NCBI GenBank assembly: GCA_039587315.1
Contig: JBDHIS010000018.1
Span: forward strand, 218-64,217
DNA from: Gemmatimonadota bacterium
GTDB taxonomy: Bacteria; Gemmatimonadota; Gemmatimonadetes; Gemmatimonadales; GWC2-71-9
Direction of reading: 5' to 3'
DNA length: 64,000 nucleotides
The notes under the pieces are model-generated. The model saw only the letters and a program-made list of their open reading frames with translations, had not been told where the DNA came from and made no database searches. The position numbers and the translations under genes are program-made. This document shows, in pieces, positions 56,085-64,000 of the stretch (the first letter of the stretch is position 1; each line of letters opens with the position of its first letter).

Positions 56085-56357
56085 ATGCCCTCATCGCGCC
56101 CCGGTTCCGCATCGTCCAAGCCAGCGAGCCCGGGAGATCCCAAATCCCGCATTACGGTGGTCCGCGTGAAGGACCGCTTCGTCTTTCTTGTCGATGGCCG
56201 CGGTGGCCCATCGTTCGACAAGTCGTTCGGGGTGAGCAGCTACCCCACCCACGAGCTGGCCCGAAAGGCGGGCGAATACTACCTCAAGCAGCTGGCGCAG
56301 GCCGACGCCTTCGCCGCCGAGCTGATGGGCGCGGGAAGGATCAAGCGGGACAAGTAG
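56085..56357 (+). CDS. Small hypothetical protein, paralogue B
   Basis: The core RITVVRVKDRFVFLVDGRGGPSFDKSFGVSSYPTHELARKAGEYYL aligns with paralogue A. Confidence 0.5.
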   Translation: MPSSRPGSASSKPASPGDPKSRITVVRVKDRFVFLVDGRGGPSFDKSFGVSSYPTHELARKAGEYYLKQLAQADAFAAELMGAGRIKRDK

Positions 56358-56383
56358 CCGACCCGAGACTCCCCGAGAAACAG

Positions 56384-57397
56384 CTAGTCCTCGCCGCCGG
56401 CCTCCCCGCGCAAGCGTTGGAGCATCGCGGCGGCGTTCGTGTTCTCAGGATTCAGCTCCAGTGATTTCTCGTAGTTTCGTATGGCGAGATCCGTGTCGCC
56501 GTGATTCATGTAGGCCTCGCCCAGGCTGTCGTAGACGTTGGATGCCGCGGGGAACGCCTCGACGTTCAGCTGAAATACCACGATGGCCTCCTCCATGTGG
56601 CCAGCTCCCATCAAACGGTAGCCCACCGAGTTGAGCAGGAACTCCGGAAAGGCTTGGGGTGACAGATCGCTCTTGAGCTGATGGTACAGCGCCGCTCCGG
56701 CTTCAGGGCCCTCCTCGACCATTGCGTGACCGATCGCGCGTCCGGCGTACTGCCGCTGGGCAAACACCGAGTTGGGGTTCATTTCCAGGTTGAGCTCGCT
56801 GAGAGACACGGCGTCGCCCAACATCCCCATCTGGGTGACCTGACCCGCTACGTCATCCAGCGGGACCGACCCAAAGTCGTATGCATAGCGTCCGTAATAA
56901 CGCTCACGCAGCGCCTTGTACTCGGCGACTGCGCTCTCCAGCCCTCCCTCGCCGTACGCCTCCATTAGGACGTCCTGCAGCATCCGGGGCCTCTGGACTC
57001 CCCGATGACACGTAGCACACGTCACCTCGACGGGCGGATCCGAGCGGGTCTCCAACTCTCCCAGGTGGTCATTGTTGACGTGCTGCAGCATTTGGATCAT
57101 GACGCGAGCCTTGCGCTTGGTCTCCTTCTCGTCCGACGCGAAGTCGAACTGGGCCAGGGGCATCTCCTCCTCGCCCACGTGGCAGTACTGGCAGCGCACC
57201 CCGAGGGCGCGGGTGAACCCGGCCATGATCCCTATCAGCTCGCGCGTGTCGATGTCCTGGGGCAGCACCTTGAGGTTCTCGAGCGTGTCGGGTGGCCATT
57301 GGGCGGCCGCTGGGTGCGGGACCGCAAGCAGCACGACGGCGGCCAGCAGGACCGAGATCGCGGGGGTCGAGCCACGGGGAGGGCGGAGCTTGAGCAT
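56384..57397 (-). CDS. Secreted c-type cytochrome (reaction-centre cytochrome c subunit-like haem motifs) fused to TPR repeats
   Basis: Signal peptide; NLKVLP...FTRALGVRCQYCH and CATCH haem-binding sites; C-terminal TPR (AEYKALRERYY..., NVYDSLGEAYMNHGDTDLAIRNYEKSLELNPEN). Confidence 0.72.
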   Translation of the reverse strand: MLKLRPPRGSTPAISVLLAAVVLLAVPHPAAAQWPPDTLENLKVLPQDIDTRELIGIMAGFTRALGVRCQYCHVGEEEMPLAQFDFASDEKETKRKARVMIQMLQHVNNDHLGELETRSDPPVEVTCATCHRGVQRPRMLQDVLMEAYGEGGLESAVAEYKALRERYYGRYAYDFGSVPLDDVAGQVTQMGMLGDAVSLSELNLEMNPNSVFAQRQYAGRAIGHAMVEEGPEAGAALYHQLKSDLSPQAFPEFLLNSVGYRLMGAGHMEEAIVVFQLNVEAFPAASNVYDSLGEAYMNHGDTDLAIRNYEKSLELNPENTNAAAMLQRLRGEAGGED

Positions 57398-57459
57398 CGA
57401 GGACTCCGGAGTCGGGATACCCCCTTAACTCCGATAGACGTCCTCGGGTTTCCTCTGGG

Positions 57460-60400
57460 CTAGGAGCCTTGTCCGCTGGCGCCGCGCGCCGCGCTGCGCA
57501 CGCGTGGGTCGGGGTCCTTTACGAAGCGCGCCAGTACCTCTGCTGCCTTCGGGTGGGACAGCTGCTTCAGGGCCGTGGCCGCGGTGCTTCGGACCTGCTC
57601 TTCCCAGCGCCGGCCGAAGAAGAGGAACTTGCGCTCGCTCAGAACAGCTTCGAGGGCTTCGATGCAGGCCTGGTCCCCCACCTGTCCGAACGCCTGACAC
57701 AGCGCGATGAGAACCCTAGGGTCCTGGGCGGTCTTGCGGACCTTGAGCAGCGCCTCCACCGCTTTCGGAGATCCGAGCGAGGCGAGGCTCGCAATCGCCC
57801 CCTTTGCCGCCTGGGGATCTTCATCGGCCGCATGGGGCACGACCATCGGGATCATGTCGTCCTGCTTGAGGCGCTCGACGAGGCGGAACGCGGCTCGGCG
57901 GATCTTGGAGTTGTCGTCCGCCAGCGCGTACTCGACCTCGCTGCGCAGATCTTGGGTGACCGAGTCGGCAACCTCGAGCATGCGGAACCGTTGCTCGACG
58001 ATCGCCTCTGTGGCGAGCGCCCTCTTGAGCTCGGCCACGGCGTGCGCGCCCATCTCGGCCAGGAGCGTCGCCGCCATCTGGCGCGTGCGGAAGTCCCGCT
58101 CCCGCTTGATCACTTCCAGCAGCAGCGGGATGCCGGACCGGCCCAGGCTGCCGATGACCTGCGCGGCGCGGCCCTGTCGTTCGGGCTCGCTGGAGCGCAG
58201 GTCCTCTATCAGCAGTTGTTGGGCGCCGAGCTCAAGGCCCCGGTCGAGCAGCTTCGAGAGCGTGTCTGCGTCCGCGTAGCCAGCGTCCTCGATCTCCTGC
58301 CTCCGGTCCTTGAGCCCGAGCAGCACCCGGCTCGCCGTCTGATGGTCGCCGAACTGCAGAGCGACGTTGGCCATAGAGTGAAGCACGTTGCCGAACTCCC
58401 GCAGCACGCTGGGCTCGGATTCCTCCGATAGCGCCTCCAGCAGCGTCCCCGTCGCGAGTTCGATCAGCTTGCGCTGGAGTCCCAGGATGAGCAGACCCAG
58501 GAGGGCCTGGCACGCCTGTACCGTGCGCTCGCGCGTGGGAGTCTCCTCCGCCTGGAAGTTGCCGAACATGCGCTGGATGAGCTTTCCGACCAGGTCGAAC
58601 TCACCCTTGACCAGGAGCTCCTTCCCGAACCGAGGCAGCGCCACGAGCAGCGCCTCTTCAGGCTGCTCGGCGAGCTGCTCCATGAACGCCTGCGTGGCGT
58701 CGGCCTGCGCGGCCATGTCTTCGTCGGGCTCCACGACGCTGAGCAGGCTCTGCACAGCGCCCACGGCGTACTGCCGCTGGTTGAAGCTGATGCCGGAGAA
58801 GGCCTTCTGTGCTGCGAACTCGTCCCAGAATTGCCGGTCGGCGTCGGGCGGCAGGTCGCGCAGCGCCTCTACGAACGACTCGATCTCGCTCAAGGGGACA
58901 TTCTGGAAGAAAGTGATGCTGGTGAGCCCGGCTGAGCCCATGAACTGCAATACGCTCGCCGCAAGCGCGTCGTACGCGGCCGTGTCGACTCGAGCCCCGT
59001 TCACGAGCAGCGATTCGTCGAGGCCGGCCAGGGTGAACACCGCGTGCCGTCCCCACACCGGCTTGAGCGATCCGTGCAGCCGCTCGACCGCGCTCACGAC
59101 CGGGTTGGAGTCCATCGGATAGAGCTTCACGATCTTGGCCGCGCCCTGGAACGCGCGCAGGATTTCGGGGATGCTCTGCAGCTCGTCTGCGTCGAGGGCG
59201 GCCTCCTCGATGGTGCGTGGTCCGGCGGCCGTGGTAGCGCGGCGACGCACGACGCGCGAGTAGCGCACCTGTTCGAGCTCGATGTTGTCGAGCCCGTTCT
59301 CGAGCATGAAGCTCTTCCAGTGGTCCTGGGTGATGGCCTCGGGCCTGGTCCGGCTCAGCGCTCCAATCAGGGCGCTCAACTCGTCTTGGCTGACGCCGCT
59401 CTGGAATGTCATCCCCTTCAGCTCGTTTCGCGTCAGCATCTCCAGGAAGGCGTCCGACAGTACGGTGAACTCGGAGACGTCCACTCGCTGCCCGTTGGCG
59501 AGCAGGAAGCGTTGGTCCTGGGACAGGTGGACGCGCGCGTTCGTCTCCAGAATGGCCAGGAGCGCGTCCTTCACGTCCGTCACCGACAGCCCGACCGCCT
59601 TGCTCTCGGGTGGGTAGAGCTGGATGTTGCGAACTGCCTTCGTGAAAGTCCGTAGGACGTCGGGCATCAGGCGGAGACTGTCCGGGTCCAGGCGCTGCTC
59701 TTCCTCGACCTCTCCCTCGAGTATCTCTCCGGTGTACTCTGCAGCCTCGTTGGGGTCGAACACCAACTGGCTCTGGGCCAGCTGCGCGCGCTCGTAACCG
59801 CGCGCCTTCTCCTGGTTTGCGGAGCGCTTGTAATGGTACGCAAGCAGGGAGGCGGAGGGGAGCAGCCGTTTCTCGTAGAGGCCCTCCTGGTAGTTACCGA
59901 TCCTCTCGTGCAATTCCTGGCGCCGCTCGGGATTGATCACCCCGTAGCTGATCTCCGCGATCTGCTTGCCCAGGAAATGCATGACCTCGTCGTTGATCTG
60001 GAAATCCAGGCTGACCAACCCGAGCGCCTCCGCGCGGTCGAGGAACTCGAGGATGCGGTTCTCATCGACCTGGGCCGATCCGGCGAGCATGCTGACGGAG
60101 ACGTCGTCGCCCAGCGCAGATGCGCGCTCGAGGATGTCCCGGCCCTCTTCATCGAGCGCCGAGATCTTCTGCATCACGATCTCCTCCAGCGAGCGCGGCA
60201 GGTATCCCTCCTCCAACGGCTGGATCACCCACGCCTGTCCCTCGAGCGAGACTCGTCGGTCAGCGACGAGCTTGCGGATGATCTCCCCGAGAAACAGCGG
60301 ATTCCCCTGAGTGGTGCGAGCCAACTCCTTCTCGAGCCCGGCGGGCATCTGCAGGCTGGGGAAGACGCCCCGCAGGTACTCGGCTATGTCGTCACCGCCG

Positions 60401-61689
60401 AGCGGGTTCAGCTTGACGCGCCGCATCCCCAACTCTCTCTGGTGGGAGGAGTAGAACCGCTCCAGCGGCGGCGCGTCCTCTTCGCTTCCCAGCTGCAGGG
60501 ACTCCAGTGTCGAGCCGCACACCAGAAGTGCGGGCTCCTTCTGCTGCATCAGCATGCGCAGCAGCAGCAACGACGCCTCGTCGGCGAAGTGCAGGTCGTC
60601 CGCCAGAAGGATCATCGGGCGGTAATCCACGACGCGGGGCAGGAAGCGCGTCAGCGTAGCGAAGATGCCCTGTCGCCTGACGCTCTCGCTTTCGTCTGTT
60701 GGAGGCCCGCCCTCCTTGGAGAGTTGCGGCAGCACATGGGCCAGGTAGCCGAGCTCTCGCTTGCTGAGCCCAGGGAACACACCCTGACCGCTGTCCGCAC
60801 GCTCGTTGAGCAACGCTACGAGCGCGCGCGACACCAAGTAGTAGGGCCTGTAGCCCTCTTGCTGATCGCCCGCCACCTTGACCACGGAGTAAGCGGTGTT
60901 GCTCGCGAGATTGGATCGCACCGTTTCGAGGAACGCACTCTTCCCCATTCCGGGGCTGCCCTCCAGGAGGAGGAACTGGCTCTCACCTCGGGTGAGCGCC
61001 TCGAGCGCATCCGAGACCACCGAAAGCTCGTCGTCACGCCCGGCGATGCCGGTCGCGATCAGGCGGTGCAACGCCGTCTTCGGGAAGACCTTGCCGGGAT
61101 CGACCTCGGCCGCGCTGGCTGCCTGGTTCCTTCCGGACTGTTTCGCGTGGTACAGCGCTGTGTCCGCCGACTGGAACAGGGCTTTGGGGTCCCTTCCGTC
61201 CTCGGGGGCGCAAGCGACGCCTATGCTCAGCGTGATCGGGAGCGTAATCCCCGCTTCGCGGAGCCGGAATGGACGGTCCCGCGTTAGCTGTAGCAGGCGG
61301 TCTGCCACTGCCGATGCCTCTGTGCGAGGCGTCTTGGGCAGCAGCAGAATGAACTCATCGCCGGCGAAGCGGATCGGGATGCCTGTCGTACCTGCCACGT
61401 CCTTGAGTAGCGCGGCCATCCAGGTGAGTACCTGGTCGCCGGTTTCGTGGCCCTGGGCGTCGTTGACCTGCTTGAAGTGGTCCAGGTCGATGATGAGCAG
61501 TGAGAGTCGGTTCTCCTTCTCACTTTCCCACTGAACCTTGTGCTCCAGATAGCTACGCAGGTAGCGGCGGTTGTGGATGCCCGTCAGTTCGTCCTCGAAT
61601 ATGAGGCGTGAAGGGTCCTTCCCTACGTGTTGCAGGAAATCGACCAACTCCACGTACTGCGATGGACGAGATTCTCTGACTCCGGTCAC
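57460..61689 (-). CDS. 1409-aa signalling protein: N-terminal GGDEF domain (AGDEF variant), P-loop AAA_16/STAND-like NTPase, long helical region, C-terminal HEAT/PBS-lyase-like repeats
   Basis: DELTGIHNRRY...LLIIDLDHFKQVND..GHETGD...IRFAGDEFILLL...ALYHAKQSGRNQ. Walker A LLLEGSPGMGKS and Walker B MILLADDLHFAD. C-terminal repeats such as DPRVRSAA, SPKAVEALL, HPKAAEVL. GTG start. Confidence 0.85.
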   Translation of the reverse strand: MTGVRESRPSQYVELVDFLQHVGKDPSRLIFEDELTGIHNRRYLRSYLEHKVQWESEKENRLSLLIIDLDHFKQVNDAQGHETGDQVLTWMAALLKDVAGTTGIPIRFAGDEFILLLPKTPRTEASAVADRLLQLTRDRPFRLREAGITLPITLSIGVACAPEDGRDPKALFQSADTALYHAKQSGRNQAASAAEVDPGKVFPKTALHRLIATGIAGRDDELSVVSDALEALTRGESQFLLLEGSPGMGKSAFLETVRSNLASNTAYSVVKVAGDQQEGYRPYYLVSRALVALLNERADSGQGVFPGLSKRELGYLAHVLPQLSKEGGPPTDESESVRRQGIFATLTRFLPRVVDYRPMILLADDLHFADEASLLLLRMLMQQKEPALLVCGSTLESLQLGSEEDAPPLERFYSSHQRELGMRRVKLNPLGGDDIAEYLRGVFPSLQMPAGLEKELARTTQGNPLFLGEIIRKLVADRRVSLEGQAWVIQPLEEGYLPRSLEEIVMQKISALDEEGRDILERASALGDDVSVSMLAGSAQVDENRILEFLDRAEALGLVSLDFQINDEVMHFLGKQIAEISYGVINPERRQELHERIGNYQEGLYEKRLLPSASLLAYHYKRSANQEKARGYERAQLAQSQLVFDPNEAAEYTGEILEGEVEEEQRLDPDSLRLMPDVLRTFTKAVRNIQLYPPESKAVGLSVTDVKDALLAILETNARVHLSQDQRFLLANGQRVDVSEFTVLSDAFLEMLTRNELKGMTFQSGVSQDELSALIGALSRTRPEAITQDHWKSFMLENGLDNIELEQVRYSRVVRRRATTAAGPRTIEEAALDADELQSIPEILRAFQGAAKIVKLYPMDSNPVVSAVERLHGSLKPVWGRHAVFTLAGLDESLLVNGARVDTAAYDALAASVLQFMGSAGLTSITFFQNVPLSEIESFVEALRDLPPDADRQFWDEFAAQKAFSGISFNQRQYAVGAVQSLLSVVEPDEDMAAQADATQAFMEQLAEQPEEALLVALPRFGKELLVKGEFDLVGKLIQRMFGNFQAEETPTRERTVQACQALLGLLILGLQRKLIELATGTLLEALSEESEPSVLREFGNVLHSMANVALQFGDHQTASRVLLGLKDRRQEIEDAGYADADTLSKLLDRGLELGAQQLLIEDLRSSEPERQGRAAQVIGSLGRSGIPLLLEVIKRERDFRTRQMAATLLAEMGAHAVAELKRALATEAIVEQRFRMLEVADSVTQDLRSEVEYALADDNSKIRRAAFRLVERLKQDDMIPMVVPHAADEDPQAAKGAIASLASLGSPKAVEALLKVRKTAQDPRVLIALCQAFGQVGDQACIEALEAVLSERKFLFFGRRWEEQVRSTAATALKQLSHPKAAEVLARFVKDPDPRVRSAARGASGQGS

Positions 61690-62094
61690 ACTGCTGGATC
61701 CTCTCTCGGTTCAGCGGAGGGTAAAGGCGCCCTGGTCCGCCGCCCAACCTCCGGGCGGAGATGAGTACGGCAGAAGATGCGGCACTCGGTGAAACGGGGC
61801 AATCGGGGCGGCGCCCTCAGTGTACCCAGGCTCGTAAGTGCACTAGTCTCTCATAGTTAGGTGGCGGGGGCCGTGACGGCTCTCACAGGGGTGTGCGCCG
61901 CGAGCCGTTCCAGTGCGGTGGTCAACGGCGCCGGCCTTTCAACAGTAAGTCTTTGTCGGCTATATGGTTGGCGGTCCGGCTCGGAGGGCCGAAGAGCCAT
62001 GATGTGATGTGTGGCCTAGCCGGGCCATGACCCCCTCCCTATTCTTGCGCTCCCGTCGCCCCTCCCGCGAACGGATCCCGGTTCGAGAGGTCCA

Positions 62095-64000
62095 GTGGGA
62101 ACAGCTGAGCTCATCGTGGATCGCTGGCAGACGCTGCGCCGCAATCCGGTCGCCTGGATCGCGGTCGCCGCGTTCGGGGTCGTGCTGTTTCCCTACTTCG
62201 TCCCGATCCTCTCGCCAACCGCTATGGAGAACTTCGGGGACTTGTACGGAGACTTCCCGTTGCTGCTGGCGACCATCGCGGCGCTCCAGTATCGGCGCAG
62301 CGAGATCTCCCAGGGCACGGAGCGGCGCTTCTGGGATCTCTGGACACTTGCGTTCGTCTGCTGGCTGATCGTGCGGCTGCTCTACGCGACGGTGCCGCTG
62401 GAGTACCTGGAGTGGTGGTTCGAACTGGTCGTGGACGCGATGTACATGTTGTTCTATCTGTGCATCGTCCTCGCTCTGGAATTCCGACCCGATCGGCCCG
62501 TTCCCGCGAGCCTCGGCACCCTGCGGCGCAGGTTCGAGGCGCTGGGTGCGGGCGTGTTCCTGTTCGCGCTGCTGTTCTACTTCGCCGTCATCCCGAACGT
62601 CCTCAGTCCTGACGAGTACTGGACCTGGATCCCGTCGATGCTGCTCTACGTTACGCTCGACGCGATCGTGCTGGCGCGGCTGCTCCACGTGCGATACGAC
62701 TGCCGGTCGACTCGCTGGCGGACGCTGTACGGCCTCCTGGCGCTGACCGCTGCCATGTGGTTGGCGAGCGATGCGCTGGAGATGCTCGTCTACGCAGATG
62801 TGACGGCGTGGATGGATTCGCCCGGGAGGCTCTGGGATCTGATTTGGTACGTTCCCTTCATCCCCGTGATCGTGGCGGGCCTGCTGCGACTCTATCCCTT
62901 TCCAAACGAGGATCCGGACGAGGACGCCTACGAGGGCGGACCCGAGCCGCACCGTGGCCGCGGCACGATGCTCCTCATCTACACGGCCCTGCTGCCGGTA
63001 ATTCACTTCGCGCTGTACGGCCTGGGCGTGGCTGACTCGGAGAGCCGCGCGCCAAGGGAGGTTCTGGCGTTCGTGTCGGTGTTCGTGTTGGCGGGCATTG
63101 CACTCGGCTGGCAGCAGTTGCTGCAGTGGGAGAACCGCCGTCTCGAGGCCGAGCGCAGATTGAACGAAGAGCGCCGTCTGGAGACCGTGCGGAGGTTGGA
63201 GCGGGAGCGGGCGGAGAAGGAGCTCCTGTCCGAGCAGCGCACCCTCGAAGCCCAACTCCAGCAGGCGCAGAAGATGGAGGCGGTGGGGCAGCTATCAGGC
63301 GGGATGGCGCACGACTTCAACAACATCCTCACCGTCATAATGGCCAATGCTGATCTCGTCGATGCGGCGCTGCCCACCGAATGCCACGGCCAGCGGTCGG
63401 ATCTCCAGGAGCTCAGGGAGGCTGCCCGCAGAGGGTCGGCGATGGTGAAGCGGCTGCTCGGATTCAGTCGACAGGCGTTGCTCTCACCGCGGCCGGTCAA
63501 TCTCTCGGAACTCGTCGACGAGCTACTGGTAACGCTGCGCCGCCTGATCCCCGAGACCATTACGATCGAGTTCTCCGCAGAGCAGCTCACGCAGGCGGTC
63601 GTGGCAGACCCTGGAGCGGTAGAGCAGATACTGATCAACCTCGCCACCAACGCCCGCGACGCCATGCCGGAGGGCGGGACGCTGACCGTCGATGTTCGCT
63701 CGGCGCATCTCGACGAGCAGCATCGTTCCATCCACGGGTGGGGAGAGACCGGAGATTACCTCTGCCTCTCCGTGCGTGATGTCGGCGCCGGTATGAACGA
63801 TGAAACCAAGGAACGACTGTTCGAGCCCTTCTTCACTACGAAGCAGCCGGGTGAGGGCACCGGCCTCGGCATGGCGATGATCTACGGCCTGGTCAAGCAG
63901 CACCGCGGTTTCGTAGGCGTGGAGAGTGCCCCCGGCGAGGGCACCACCGTTCGAGTCTACTTCCCGGTTGCGGGCGAGCTCGGGAAGGAAGTGGTGCTCG
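62095..64000 (+). CDS. Multi-pass membrane sensor histidine kinase (3' end outside window; absent from the ORF track because it has no stop in the window)
   Basis: The frame is open from after the stop at 62017-62019 to nt 64000. GTG at 62095 follows GAGAGG (alternative GTG at 62116). About 8 hydrophobic helices, a coiled coil, His[25 protein letters not shown], and HATPase N/G boxes ([35 protein letters not shown]). Confidence 0.85.
   Translation, partial: MGTAELIVDRWQTLRRNPVAWIAVAAFGVVLFPYFVPILSPTAMENFGDLYGDFPLLLATIAALQYRRSEISQGTERRFWDLWTLAFVCWLIVRLLYATVPLEYLEWWFELVVDAMYMLFYLCIVLALEFRPDRPVPASLGTLRRRFEALGAGVFLFALLFYFAVIPNVLSPDEYWTWIPSMLLYVTLDAIVLARLLHVRYDCRSTRWRTLYGLLALTAAMWLASDALEMLVYADVTAWMDSPGRLWDLIWYVPFIPVIVAGLLRLYPFPNEDPDEDAYEGGPEPHRGRGTMLLIYTALLPVIHFALYGLGVADSESRAPREVLAFVSVFVLAGIALGWQQLLQWENRRLEAERRLNEERRLETVRRLERERAEKELLSEQRTLEAQLQQAQKMEAVGQLSGGMAHDFNNILTVIMANADLVDAALPTECHGQRSDLQELREAARRGSAMVKRLLGFSRQALLSPRPVNLSELVDELLVTLRRLIPETITIEFSAEQLTQAVVADPGAVEQILINLATNARDAMPEGGTLTVDVRSAHLDEQHRSIHGWGETGDYLCLSVRDVGAGMNDETKERLFEPFFTTKQPGEGTGLGMAMIYGLVKQHRGFVGVESAPGEGTTVRVYFPVAGELGKEVVL

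Noticed and set aside
1-64000. CRISPR arrays, tRNA/rRNA genes, IS elements, integrases, prophage or known defence-system genes
   Set aside because: I found no regularly spaced direct repeats, no cloverleaf-like or rRNA-like segments, and no transposase, integrase or phage structural motifs in any ORF translation. The only exact repeats found by eye are the two tandem duplications. A computational repeat scan is still advisable.

Overview
High-GC bacterial chromosomal window, densely packed with about 60 protein-coding genes on both strands. The protein repertoire (Ser/Thr kinase with a TPR-like ectodomain, many PD40/TolB-like beta-propellers, CBM9/DUF5916-type outer-membrane proteins, secreted peptidases) resembles Gemmatimonadota-like lineages; this is inference only. 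I saw no rRNA, tRNA, CRISPR array, transposase, integrase or recognisable phage or defence island. All functional calls come from motif recognition by eye on the supplied ORF translations and raw sequence; no database search was run. Many long ORFs in the track are antisense shadow ORFs typical of GC-rich DNA and were not called. Main observations: (1) Two perfect tandem duplications (40 bp at 222-301, 43 bp at 55029-55114) each frameshift a membrane signalling gene inside its TM-helix-coding segment. The genes are a Ser/Thr kinase and a BlaR1-like M56::M23 protein, and removing one copy restores a single ORF in both. (2) A translationally coupled 5-gene operon (13098-17565, minus strand) looks like a disassembled cobalamin-dependent methionine synthase whose folate module is replaced by a non-pyrrolysine MttB-family methyltransferase. 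(3) A 1409-aa protein combines a GGDEF (AGDEF) domain, a P-loop AAA_16/STAND-like NTPase and HEAT repeats. It sits next to a haem-c/TPR protein and a multi-pass sensor histidine kinase that runs off the window end and is missing from the ORF track. (4) A textbook sigma70 promoter and an 8-2-8 TACA/TGTA operator precede blaI. (5) A TetR gene has three 13-bp palindromic sites in front of a divergent small ORF, a hairpin, and an orphan AmmeMemoRadiSam-type radical SAM enzyme. No single classical novel system can be proven from sequence alone; items 1-3 are the best candidates for follow-up.
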